NCBI GenBank assembly: GCA_048013815.1
Contig: CM106585.1
Location: forward strand, 13,268,001 to 13,332,000
Length of the DNA: 64,000 nt
Origin: Setoptus koraiensis
Lineage: Eukaryota; Animalia; Arthropoda
Reading direction: 5' to 3'
Shown here piece by piece: positions 11,410 through 22,967 of this stretch. The notes under the pieces are model-generated. The model ran no database searches. It saw nothing but the letters and a program-made list of their open reading frames with translations, and was not told where the DNA came from. The translations under genes and the position numbers were made by a program. How positions within the stretch are numbered: the stretch's first letter is position 1; each line of letters starts with the position of its first letter.

Positions 11410-13627
11410 TATCAATCTTGTTGTTAGTACTGTATATTTCCGAATCAATCGATCGAATCAGATCGAAGCGAACAATTCTCTAGCGAAGTTTCTCGAAAAA
11501 TGATATATCTGTCTACGTTTATCTCCTAGCACTATAACAGTAGTTCTGAACAAAGCCAGCAGTAAAATTTGCATCGGCATACGTGTCGTTATGCCGCTCT
11601 ATGCACCAAGTTGAGCGCTTCGAATACAGCGAGACTATCTACACTTTTGACAGTCGACAAGAAATAATCTATTTTCAGTTCTTTGTGTGCGAAATTCTTA
11701 ATTTAGATTCACTGTTGCGGTTTAAAAAAGTTGGTGCAAATAAATGCTACGTATCATATTAGGTTCACAGACGGGAGTGCTGGTTTCAGCCGCAGCACAG
11801 CAACACTTTTCGTCAAGTCTAGACTGTGGAAAAATTTCTGTGCGATTAAATAATGCACCATTGCAACGAGAAATTGTTTAAATATAGAATGCTGACTATT
11901 GTCGGTGCTCTGTCGCCGAGATCCACAAATTCCATATAGCCTATATGTGAGTCGCAATAGCGCCCCTGGTTCCAAAAACCAGACACTTCGGAACCTGAAA
12001 GGGGCCACAGAACTGGTAAATAGTGCTCCTTGTCTCGCCCCAAAAAGCGGCTGGTTAACCCCGTCGTTGGCGCCCCAGACATTGCCGAAAGTAGAGGTTA
12101 CTGTTAATAGTTTTGCTGTCGCAAGGGCCAGCAGAATAATTCTGTTTCGCCCATTCTATTTCTGGCTGGGTGAAAGCTCTGAAACTCGCCTGCGAACATG
12201 TCACATAAATGATTCGTTTGAGACATTTTTTTTCCCACCGAAATACCGAATTTAGCAACTTTTTCCTGAATGTTTGATGGTCGTATCGGCCGAATTTTCA
12301 CTTATCCACCGAAAAAGGTCAGGTTCTTGCACGATTTATACGGTAGAAATTCTAGCGATTTCTGACAAGTCAACCAGCCGTTCTGTCGGCCCTAGCTATC
12401 GCTAAATGTGCCAAAACTGTGGCAGAAATTAATTTCTGCCATTTGCAACCAATTTGTTTGTGCCGGGCTGTTGCAGCGTATGCGATGTTGCACGAAACTT
12501 GATATTGCACCCATTGTGTAGCTGTCATTGTTCAGACTAACCAGACTCAACAACAACAGGTTGTTCCGTTCGATCGCATCAGCAGCTTGGCAACATTGCC
12601 GAAATAAGCGGAGCTCGGTTGAAAAGGCTGCAGCAACAGCAACAGTTGCAGTTGAGCATCGCGTAACAATGCCATCGCCATCAACAGTGACATAATTGTT
12701 GTGGTTAGTGTCACAATCACGTTGAGCAGAACGGAAATGGATCGAGTTACAATGCAAACAACTTGTTCGTGGGCGACATCAGCGCGTTCGGCGTAACAAC
12801 TGCAACAAGAGCAACAAGTGCACCAACGGCGACACTGGCAACAACTGCACCAAGTGCACCAACGGCGACAGGTGAACTGAATTGACAGTGATCTCGCTGA
12901 CCGCTGCCCATTTATTTGGCAGTGACTTGCATGAAAAAATGTGATCTGTCACATCTGCAGGGCCTCGAAAAGTGGGCTATTGGTTGGCGCCGGTTTCGCG
13001 TTGGACTCATTGTGAGTCTGCTGTCATTGTCATGCAGATTGCCACAAAGTTTATGGCGTATAAACGTAATCACTTTTTGCCGTTGCCACGGTGATGCGAC
13101 AGCGACGGGCGACGGGTGTCGCCCAGGCCGATTCTTGTTTTCCTCGGCCGTGTCCGCGGGTTGCGTTTCGGATCGCGTTACGGCATGAAACTGTCAGAAG
13201 TTTCATTCATTGGCGTGATAGCCGCGCAAAAAGTGCCGCTGACGAGCCACCTAATCAACGGATTGGTGCCTGACAGGACAGAGGGTCGCCCACGGCTCGA
13301 CACATCAGCGCCATTGAACGGATTTGAATGCTCCACAAACAAAAAATCTCTCTATCTGATGTCAGCGAACGGTTCGCTGTCACATATGTTCAGCTCGCAG
13401 GGTGTGAGGCGTGTAAAAGAATGCGCGCAAATGCGGCCGAATTATGCAAATGAGCCCGTTGATCTGGCTGCTGATCGCAACAGAGTGGTTTGTTTGCGCC
13501 AGTTGTCGCACCGAGCTTCAGAGAGCCAATTCAGCCGCGAAACAGTCCGAAATGCAGCCAAATAATCAATTTTCGACCTTGTTCACACGCGCAACCCAGC
13601 CAACTGGCACCGCGTAATGTGTCAACT

Positions 13628-16600
13628 ATGTGCCAATTAATCAACAAGTCGCTCGTCGCTGTCATGAGGTCAGCAGTGTCGGATTATCGGCTCAACAGCG
13701 CACCAGCAGCAAACGACAAACTGAGAACAGCAACAAACGACAAACCAAGAACAGCAACAAACAACGAACCAAGAACAGCAACAGCGGCGCCCACGTCGAC
13801 CAATTGTCGGGCTAAATTGTTAGCGTCGCTGATCCTATTTATAATCGCCTCAATATCAACAGCATTTGCCCTCGAGAAATTTGATGCAAGTCAGCAAATT
13901 GCGCACGGTTGCGGAGAGGGCGCGCTGCAAACTTTCGAAAAGATATCAATGTCGTCATTTGAGCCGTCGCCAATTTTCATATCGTCGCCCTCGCCGTCGC
14001 CGGCGTCCGGTGTTGCCGGCAACCAGATCCACTTCGACCAGAACGGCCGAGTTTTGGCGCAGCAAGACGACCAGGCGCTCACCAGCGAGTGCGTCGAGTT
14101 GTGCAAACTGCAATCAAACTGCCTGTCGTTCGTCATCGACTACAACAAGTTCGAGTGCAAATCCTACGCCATAACCCAGCAGCAACAACAACAACAACAG
14201 CAACAACAGCAGCAACAACAGCAACAACAGCAACAACACCAGCAACACCAGCAACAACAACAACAGCAACAACAGCAGCAGCAGCAACGAACGACCGATG
14301 ACCGCGGCCGGAACCCGGCCAACGACACCCGCTCGCGACCGACCGAGCAACTGTTGCCCTCGACATCGGCCAACTATTTCGAGAAAGTGTGCCTCGGCGG
14401 CCCGAGCACCGGGCCCCAACTGGAGCGGGTGTGCGGCCCGGACCGACTGTGGGCCGTTGAGCGGGTTGTGGACGCCTTCTTGGAGGGCTACGACGAGAAA
14501 CAATTGACAAATGTCACCAGCAAGAACCAATGCTCAAGCAAATGTCTGACGGAAACGCAATTTGTTTGCCGCAGCGCCCAATACGATCAGAACACCAACG
14601 TGTGCCGACTGTCCCGAGAGGATCGCCGCAGTCAGCCGCACGCCTTCCGCACCGAAAACGCCACGGGCCGGCACTACATCGAGAATCAGTGCTGGGGCAT
14701 GTCGGCCGGGCCGGGCCCGTGCACATACGAGCCGAAACAAAACGTTGCGGTTGCCAGCATGGACGCACTCAAGCATGCTCAAAATGTCTCTGAATGCCAG
14801 ACGAAATGTTCGCGCGAACAAACGTTCAATTGTCGCTCTTATTCCTATCACAACAACAGGTGCTTCCTGTCGGGCGACGACAGCGTCAGTCTGAGGTGGC
14901 CTCTTGTGCGACTTCCGGTCAAAATCAATTGGCACTACGGAGAGCGCAAGTGCGACAAAAGCGCCGCAACAAGCACAAACAACAAGCACAATAAAGCCAA
15001 CCAAAACGATTTATTTGGTCAGACATTTTTCACAAATTATGCGCCACCAGCCAGCGCCGAACCGATTTTTTCGCCCCCAAAAGTCGCATTGGTGGCCCCA
15101 TCGGAGCCCTCTAATCACATTAACGTTTCGTCTTTGGGGCCCGCGAATTGGCAACAGCAAGCGCACACGACTTATCATGACCAATGGACGCTGCAAAAGC
15201 CACACAATGAGCCCAACAGTGATAATAATCAGCTGTCACAGGATGGCCCCTTCATCCGGCAGGCGCATCATTATTCGCCGGCGCCCACGTTGGCGCAAAC
15301 AGAGAGCTCAGTGCCACTCAATCAATTCGCTTGGACGGCCAGTTCGGAGAAACCCGGCGGCTACTCGTATGCGGCGGACAGCGGCCCGTACACGCACACC
15401 GGTGGCCAGGAGGGGCCCGGTGTCGAGACGGGCCGGTTTGGGCAGACAACGGCAAGCAATTTAGACGGTTCGAACAATGACAACAATCAGCACTCATTCG
15501 CGCTCAATGGCGACCCGACGACAAACACGCAATTGCAAACCGCCTACTATTCGCGGTACGGGGTGACGCGGTGGCCGCAAGCAGCGCCCAGCCCGCAGCA
15601 AGCAACCGGCGGCCAGCAGTTGGACCAATCGGCCAGCAGTGTTCTGTACCATCAGCAGCAAATACCCTACGACAGGCCCGCGTTGCACCAGAGCCCGAGG
15701 TGGACCCCGGGCGCGCGCAACGGCGCGCCCCAAACGAGCAACAACGACAACAACCGTATCCACTTCATCCAGCCAACAACCAGCGGACACTCGCTGGGGC
15801 ACGATTCCAGAAGCGGCCCCAGCACTGCGAACATTCCGTACAGCGGACTCGCGCCCGGATACACGAGCGTTGGCAAAGCCGCGGCCGGATATTCGAGCGC
15901 CAGCGGCAACAATTTAGTCTATTCGGCGGCCTCCATGGACGAGCCAGCGGTCTCGCCGGCGCCGCAGCAGCAAAATAGAGCGGAAAATCCGCGCTTCACA
16001 CCATCACAAATGGCCAGCCAGCATCAGCCGTTCGGAAGTCCGTGCAAGCCGGGATTCAGCAGCCTGTGGGGCAGCTCGCCGGAACTGGCGCCGGGCTTCC
16101 CTGCCAAGCACCAGGCCGATTCGCTGTACGCGAGCGGTTCGGCGCAAATTGTATCAAATTCGCTGGATGGGGCCGCCACGAATCATGGGCCGCCGTCGGT
16201 CAGGTTCAGCAAGACCGGTCCGAGCACGCGCATTAGGAGCGCGTACATTTTCCACGTGATTCGGGCCTCGTCGCTGGCCGACTGCGAGCGGGCTTGTGCC
16301 GGCTTCGCCGACCAGTGTCGGTCGTTCAACTACCGGGCTTTTTTCGAGGGCGAAAACTGCGAGCTGAGCCGTAACGATACGCGCAATTTGAAGCAACCCG
16401 TGGACAATCCGTTGTATTTCGAACAGCACGCAGCGTTTGACTATTACGAGCGCGACCCGACGACGACGGGGTCGGCCGCGTCCGCGGCGGCAGCAGCCGC
16501 CGCCTACCTGAGCGTGCCCTCGATGATGCCCGGCGCCGATTGTGCGGACGTCACGCAAACGTGCACGCCCGACGGAATGGAGTTCACGCTGCGCACCCAG

Positions 16601-17875
16601 GAACCGTTCAACGGGCGCATCTACACCTACGGTCATCACGATTCGTGTTTCTACGACGCCGAGGCCGCAACGACAAGCGTGCTCCGAATTAGCCGCACCA
16701 ACGGGTTTCCGCGTTGCGGCACCCAACAAATAGGCGACCTAATGACCAACATTGTCGTTGTTCAATTCAGCGATTACGCGCAAACAAGCCACGACAAAAA
16801 GTACAATCTCACCTGTTATTTCTCGGGCCACGGCGAGACCGTGGTGACCTCAAATTATCTGGACACCAAAATAGACGCCAGGGGGAGCCATCCGATGCAA
16901 ATAGAGCATTTGCCGCCGCAAAACGTAGTCACGTCAAATGTTGTGCTGCGCGTGTTGTACAGGGGCCAGCCGACCAACACGATAGCGCTGGGCGACTTGC
17001 TGACATTTAGATTGGAGGCGCGCGGCGCGGGCCAGCACCGATACAACGATCCGCTGAACAATGAGATATTTGCCACCAGCGTGCTGGCCAAAGATCCCTA
17101 CACCGGCCGCCAGGTTCAATTGATAGACTCGCGCGGCTGCCCGCTAGATCCCGTGTATCTGTTTCCCGAGCTGCAGAAGACGCCCGATGGCGCGCTCGAA
17201 TCGGAGTTTTATGCCTTCAAAATACCCGATTCAAACTTTTTGATATTTCAGGCTACCGTGCGAACGTGCAAGAGCCCGTGCGAGCCAATCATCTGCACCG
17301 ATGCCAAGAGCAGGCACGGCGCCCAGTCGGTGCCGTCGTGGGGCCGGCGCAGGAGACGACGACGGGACGCATCGGATGCGGAAACCGATGTTGAGCGGCT
17401 GCATACGGTGACAATACCGGCCCGGCTGAGGGGCCACTCCCATTTCAATTCTACGGCGAGCGGCCCGGCAAGCGTCGTCGATGTTCGGACGAGAAATTTA
17501 AAGCGGTCCGACGACCCAAAACGGCGCACCGACCAAAGTGAGCCGGTCGAGCACGAGATTCAGGAAATGTTCAGGGTGTACGCGTCGCGTGACCGCATTC
17601 CCGAACCCGGTTGGTTGGCCATGTCGGCGAGGGGCGACACATCCTCTGGCGACACACCCTCTGGCGGCGCACGGTCGGGCGCGGCCAAAGCGGCCAAAAC
17701 GAGAAACAGTCACAAATTGCGAGCAACCGACAGCGAGGATATTCGAGAAATGGGCACTGTTTGCCTGTCGGAATTGGGCTACTATTGCATGGTGTCCGCC
17801 ATAGTGTCCCTCTCACTGCTGATTGGCTCGATGGTGTGCGTGGCTGTTTGCCTGATGAAAAAATCACAAATTGCC
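13628..17875 (+). CDS. PAN/Apple (about 4 domains) + ZP-domain transmembrane apical-matrix protein (neyo/morpheyus/nyobe-like), exon 1
   Basis: First ATG at 13628. Hydrophobic KLLASLILFIIASISTAFA segment. PAN Cys patterns (e.g. QCSSKCLTETQFVCRSAQY, DCERACAGFADQCRSFNY). ZP domain from CADVTQTCTPDGMEFTLRT to CKSPCEPIIC, furin site R7 at 17345-17365, and TM YYCMVSAIVSLSLLIGSMVCVAVCLM. Perfect donor GCC|GTAAGT at 17876. Confidence 0.93.
14177..14287 (+). repeat. CAG/CAA polyglutamine tract (37 codons: 35 Q, 2 H) in the PAN/ZP gene
   Basis: Direct reading of the sequence. Confidence 0.95.
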
Positions 17876-17980
17876 GTAAGTTGATTGCCATTTCCGACAC
17901 TCTCCAGCGATTCGTTGCCGCCGACGAGCAACTAATTTTTTCACCTTAAACCTGACATTTCGCTTCTCGCCAATATCCAG

Positions 17981-18037
17981 ATCAAACAGATCGTTGCGGA
18001 CGGAGCGGGTCCGGTGTGCCTAGCACACAAGCCATAG
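17981..18037 (+). CDS. Probable terminal exon of the PAN/ZP gene (IKQIVADGAGPVCLAHKP*)
   Basis: 105-nt intron 17876-17980 with CTAAT/CTGAC branch-like motifs, a pyrimidine tract and ccag acceptor; phase 0. An in-frame alternative acceptor lies 9 nt further on. Confidence 0.6.
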   Translation: MKQIVADGAGPVCLAHKP

Positions 18038-18684
18038 GTTGTGCATGGGTAGCGATTGTTCGACATGGAAGAACCACGATTTTCGGAAGGGCAGTTTCTC
18101 GGGCGCCGATTTCGCCGGGCGGCTTCGCCTCGAACTCGCCAGCCCGAAACTGGGTCGAAAACGAAAATGAAAACGAAAGAAACAACCGGACGCCGACCAG
18201 CAAAACAACCGAATCAGACGTGTGAAAATCTGATTTTGAAAGTCAGATTTTCATTCAATTTGAAATATCCGCCCAGAGGATCGCTCTGTCAATATTCTCG
18301 CCTGCTCCTATTGGTCGCACACTGCCGAACGACCGGCTACCGAGTGTTCAACTATTTACTGCCATTTCGAGCCTCTCGAACAGCAACAAAACACCGGAAC
18401 TGAGATTTGGAGACCACTTCCGGTTTGATTTTCCGAGGCGCAGAGGCGCTGTGAAATCTGAGCAAGCTCTTGGCACGACCGGGTGACAGTACGCGACGGA
18501 TATTTGGTGCGAGCGCGACTCGCGAAAAAACAATGGACATTTGCAGCGTTTTTTGCGTTATCACTTGGGCGCTTTTTATTGGGGACTTTGCAGTGTGCAC
18601 AAAGTACACAATTTTTCGAATTTACATTAAATTTACATAGAAATCCAATTTACATATGTGCTTGTGTGAGAGGGGGCATTACCA

Positions 18685-21027
18685 CTATAAATTAGTTTCG
18701 GGTGGTGGTGTTATTGTGACGCTTATCACTCGTTTCGTTGGCTTGCTCGTCTTGTTGGTCGCGAGGCTGGACGGGCCGGCGCCGTAGATGCTGCCGCTGT
18801 TGTTGTTGTTGTTGTTGTTGTTGTTGTCATCCACAGGCGGCGAGTTTGTGGGCTGTCTGGGCGGTGGCTTGTGCGGCGCGGAATACACCGAGGCGGTGGA
18901 CGGGTGCTGGTGCGATTCCGCCGGCGGTTGCTGATGGGCGGCCGCGGGTGCGTTTTGGCCCGCCGTGCCGCCAGCCGGGCTGTTGGTGGTGGTGTGGGCG
19001 GTAGATGGCGCCTGCTGCTGTTGCTGCAGCGTTTCGAGCCGGATTTTCTCTAGCGACACGTCGTCGTCGTAGCACATGTCCTGGCCGCACAGGTGATCTA
19101 TGATGGCGCAACCTATTGAGTTTGCCCAAACGTTCACCAGGGTGCGGAAGCGATCCAGTATAAAATCGACAATGTATATGAGCGACAATTGTAGCACGGG
19201 CAAATCTATGGCGTTCAGCACGATCACAATGGTGAGCATTCCGCACGAGGGCACCCCGGTCGTGCTGACCGACGCCACTGAGGTGGCCAGTCCGATGACC
19301 ACAAGCGAGCCGAGCGTCAACTGAACGCCAATCAGTTGCGCAATGTACACACTGGCGACAGCCTCGTAAATGGCTGTTCCGTTCATGTTGATGATGGCGC
19401 CCAGGGGGCAGCACGATTGCACAATTTTTCTATTTATCTGATAATTGATCAGGCACTTGATTGTGATGGCCAGCGTGGCCGTGCTAGATGAGGTGGCAAA
19501 GGCCATCGCGAGCGCCTCTACCATTTGCCTGAAGAACTTCATGGGCGACTTCCGGGTGACCAGGTAGTACACGAGGGGCAGCACGAGCAGGGCGTGAAAG
19601 GTGAGCGCGCACAACACGGTCAGCGTGTACAACATGAGACTGTTGGCCATGGTGCCCAGATCCTGGGCGCGGGCTATCTGGCCCATAATTAGGAAGGGCA
19701 CGCACAGGGGCGTCAGATTGGTGAGCATGAGCGCCAGTCGGGTAGTGAGCTCCGCAACGCACCCGATCATGTCGACGAGCGGTCGGGCCGCCGGCGGGCC
19801 CATCTGCTGCAGTGTCACGCCCACCACAGTGGCCACCACCAGCAAGCCTATCACGTTGGCCCGATGCACTTGTTCCTGTTTGAAGGGCCACTCGCCAGGT
19901 GGCGGCTGCAGCCGGCCGTTGATAATGACAACGTTGGCTGGCTCCAGCAGCTTTGTGCGCGTCTGACTGACGGCCGCACCGACCGCGTTGTCGGGCACCA
20001 GGTTGCGCAACAGGTCCAACACCACGTCCACGGGTATCTCGTTGGCGGTCTTGAAGCGCTCGTTGTTGTACAGGTGATGCGTGGCCTTGGCGTGCGTCAC
20101 CAGGTTGATGGGCAGCCGGCCCGCGTCCCGGTCCCTGATGGGCCGCGTGGCGTAATTGTTGGCGCCCGGGTAGTTGTTGCTGTTGTAGTTGTAGTTGCTG
20201 TTGTAGTTGTTGTTGTTGTTGTTGTTAGTGTTGGCAGTAAATGCGGCGTTGACCAGCAGGGTGGCGCTGTCGTCGCTGAACTGGTGGTGGCGCGCCTGCT
20301 GCTGCTGCGACGGCGACGGGTAAAAGTAGGAAGTGGCACCGGAAGTGTCCGACATGGCGTCTAGGTTGTAGTCGCGGAAATGCGCCTGCGTTGGCGGACT
20401 GTGGTCGCTGATGGTGGCAAACTGTTGCTGCTCGCCGGACCCGGTTGCGTCGCCGCCGCCGCTCCGGAACAGACCGCCGGGCCGGGGCCCGAGCGAGTCC
20501 GCCGCGTCCACGTCCGCCGCCGCCGGCTGCTGCTGCGCCACGGGCCCGCCGGGCCTAATTAATATCACAAATAGCACGCCCTGCACAATGGCCAGAGCGG
20601 TGGTGAACAGGCAATAAATTGAGGCGCTCTTGCCGATGCAAATGGTAAATTTTGTTTGTAACGTGGCAAATGCCTGTGCCACATTGGATACAACGAGCGG
20701 CACAATGAGCAAATTGAGCGCGCGCACAAACAACTCGCCAGGCACCTCCAAATACATAAATTGGCGCTCGTGCCAGGACGAGGCCACCCGGCGCAACAGC
20801 AGCCCGAACACTATGGCAACCGCAATGGATATGAGCGTGGACAGGAGGAGCCAGTGGTGCGCAAACAGGGCGCACAGGCGCTTGAATTTGGAATTTCGCT
20901 CGCCAATCTCATAGTAGAATGTGATGGGACTTGTGAGCGACGTGTTCCGCTGCGACCCGTTGTTGAATTTGATGGTCTGCGCCGATCTGCACAACGAATT
21001 TCTGTGCGGCCGCGACTCGAAATTCAT
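18685..21027 (-). CDS. SLC1/EAAT-family dicarboxylate/amino acid transporter, intronless, with atypical cation-site residues
   Basis: FMYLEVPGELFVRALNLLIVPLVVS (TM2), FATSSSTATL (HP1), PLGAIINMNGTAIYEAVA (TM7), GVPSCG (HP2), VDFILDRFRTLVNV (TM8). In-frame stop just upstream of the ATG; AATAAA at 18575-18580. Confidence 0.95.
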   Translation of the reverse strand: MNFESRPHRNSLCRSAQTIKFNNGSQRNTSLTSPITFYYEIGERNSKFKRLCALFAHHWLLLSTLISIAVAIVFGLLLRRVASSWHERQFMYLEVPGELFVRALNLLIVPLVVSNVAQAFATLQTKFTICIGKSASIYCLFTTALAIVQGVLFVILIRPGGPVAQQQPAAADVDAADSLGPRPGGLFRSGGGDATGSGEQQQFATISDHSPPTQAHFRDYNLDAMSDTSGATSYFYPSPSQQQQARHHQFSDDSATLLVNAAFTANTNNNNNNNYNSNYNYNSNNYPGANNYATRPIRDRDAGRLPINLVTHAKATHHLYNNERFKTANEIPVDVVLDLLRNLVPDNAVGAAVSQTRTKLLEPANVVIINGRLQPPPGEWPFKQEQVHRANVIGLLVVATVVGVTLQQMGPPAARPLVDMIGCVAELTTRLALMLTNLTPLCVPFLIMGQIARAQDLGTMANSLMLYTLTVLCALTFHALLVLPLVYYLVTRKSPMKFFRQMVEALAMAFATSSSTATLAITIKCLINYQINRKIVQSCCPLGAIINMNGTAIYEAVASVYIAQLIGVQLTLGSLVVIGLATSVASVSTTGVPSCGMLTIVIVLNAIDLPVLQLSLIYIVDFILDRFRTLVNVWANSIGCAIIDHLCGQDMCYDDDVSLEKIRLETLQQQQQAPSTAHTTTNSPAGGTAGQNAPAAAHQQPPAESHQHPSTASVYSAPHKPPPRQPTNSPPVDDNNNNNNNNNSGSIYGAGPSSLATNKTSKPTKRVISVTITPPPETNL

Positions 21028-21037
21028 GTCGATTTAT

Positions 21038-21090
21038 CTGGCGCTTCCGGTTGCTGGCGCTTCCGGTTTGCTGGCGCTTCCGGTTTGCTG
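21038..21090. repeat. Three copies of a 16-17-bp unit (CTGGCGCTTCCGGTT[T]G) just upstream of the EAAT ATG
   Basis: Direct reading. Each copy carries an ETS-like CCGGAAG on the minus strand. Confidence 0.85.
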
Positions 21091-22584
21091 CGGCGCTCGC
21101 TAGATTTTTTTCTGTCGCTTTTTTCCGTCTGTCGCTGTCTGTCTGTGTTGTGTGTGTCGTGGCGATTCTTTGCCAAGCTGATGCGGATGTCGCACCGATG
21201 CGGTTCGTGTGATTGTGTGGTTCAGTGATTTGGTTCAGTCTTGTTGTGGTTGCTGCGGTTGATGTGGTTGAGCTTGTAGCTGCTCTAATTGCTATAATTG
21301 GGGCGCGATTTTCAACTGCACTTGGAGCGCTGGCTGGGCCGGTGGCGATTCGATGATGATTCGTGGATAAAGTTGCTGCGACGATAGGCATGCTCCAACG
21401 CTGGCGTCTAGCATCGCCGTCGGCAACATTGTGTCTACTCCAGGTCTAGCTATCCAGTTATCCAATTGTAAGCTTTTTTTCTCTCTCTCTCCCTCTCTCG
21501 CTAGTTGTCTAGTTGTGTGGCTGTTCAATTGTCTAGTCACTTGGCTGGCTGCTTTTCGTAATAATCGACTGTCTATTTCGGTTTCGTTGTCGGGGGCCTA
21601 ACGCAACAGGCCGTGACAAGCAAACATTGCAGTGTGCAAATGCGCAGTGTCGCAGTGGTTTGCGCTCAAATTCAATTAGTTTTACAATATTCACCTAATT
21701 AGAGCGGGCCCAATTGGAGGGCGATCACTGGATCACTGATGGCCTAATGTGCCCAATGAAGGGATAATTGTTGCAAAATTCGTCAGAGTAGCGAGAGTTC
21801 TAGATGTCGATGTCAACGTTGTTCAATGTCGCTCAATGGTTCACGGGCTGCGAGAACATACCAAAATAGGCGAGTATGAGCGGATAATCGACGAGCTGAA
21901 CGACGAGCCGAACGACGACAGCAACGACAAACAAAACAACTGCCAGAACGATGGTGTGGGCCAAGATAACACAACACTAGGCAAACATGTGAGTATGAAT
22001 ATGAATACGGCTGACGTAATCGTCATGCTGTTGCTGTTGTCGCCATCCGGCGACAATAGCGACAGCCAATTGGCAACAACAGCGACAACAACAATAACAA
22101 CAGCAACAGCAACAACAACTACATCAACAACGACAACAACAACGATAGCAGCAACAACAACGGCGGCGGATATTAATCTAATTTAAACATATGCAATTTG
22201 TGTGCAATGATATCATCATTACAATATTGTCATCGTTGCGATGAAGTTCTTTATAAATTAAGTGGCAACACTATTTTGCATTTCGCTGTACGCCGCCGCT
22301 TGTCAGACAGCTCAAGCTTGTTGTGACAACTTTTGTCGCAACATTACCAGCCACATCTAGTCACACAGTCTAGTTGTATTGGCTGACAGGTATCGACAAC
22401 AGCAGCAGCAACAACAAGAGATAAAATAACAACAACATGACACGGTGCACGGTATGCCCACCAAATGGGACGATAGCAATAACGACACGATTAATTAACG
22501 CCGCCGATGAATATATTAATATATATATACATACAGCGGTATTATCTGTTTGTTTTGCTCCACCGCACTGTGTCATATGTGTCG

Positions 22585-22698
<114 letters not shown>

Positions 22699-22853
22699 AA
22701 AGGATTGATCGGATTGATCCAATTCATCACCTGTCAATTGTGTGATGACACTTCATATTTATTCATGATTGTCGCTTGTTGCAACTTGCAACCGGCGATC
22801 CTCGACAGCGGCAACCGCAACAACAGCACCACCACCGACAACTACAATGACAG

Positions 22854-22967
22854 CATCGACAACTGCAACGACAACATCGACGACTGCAACGACAACATCG
22901 ACGACTGCAACGACAACATCGACGACTGCAACGACAACATCGACGACTGCAACGACTACATCGACAA
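22854..22967. repeat. 21-bp minisatellite (CATCGACGACTGCAACGACAA), about 5.4 copies
   Basis: Direct reading. Confidence 0.92.
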
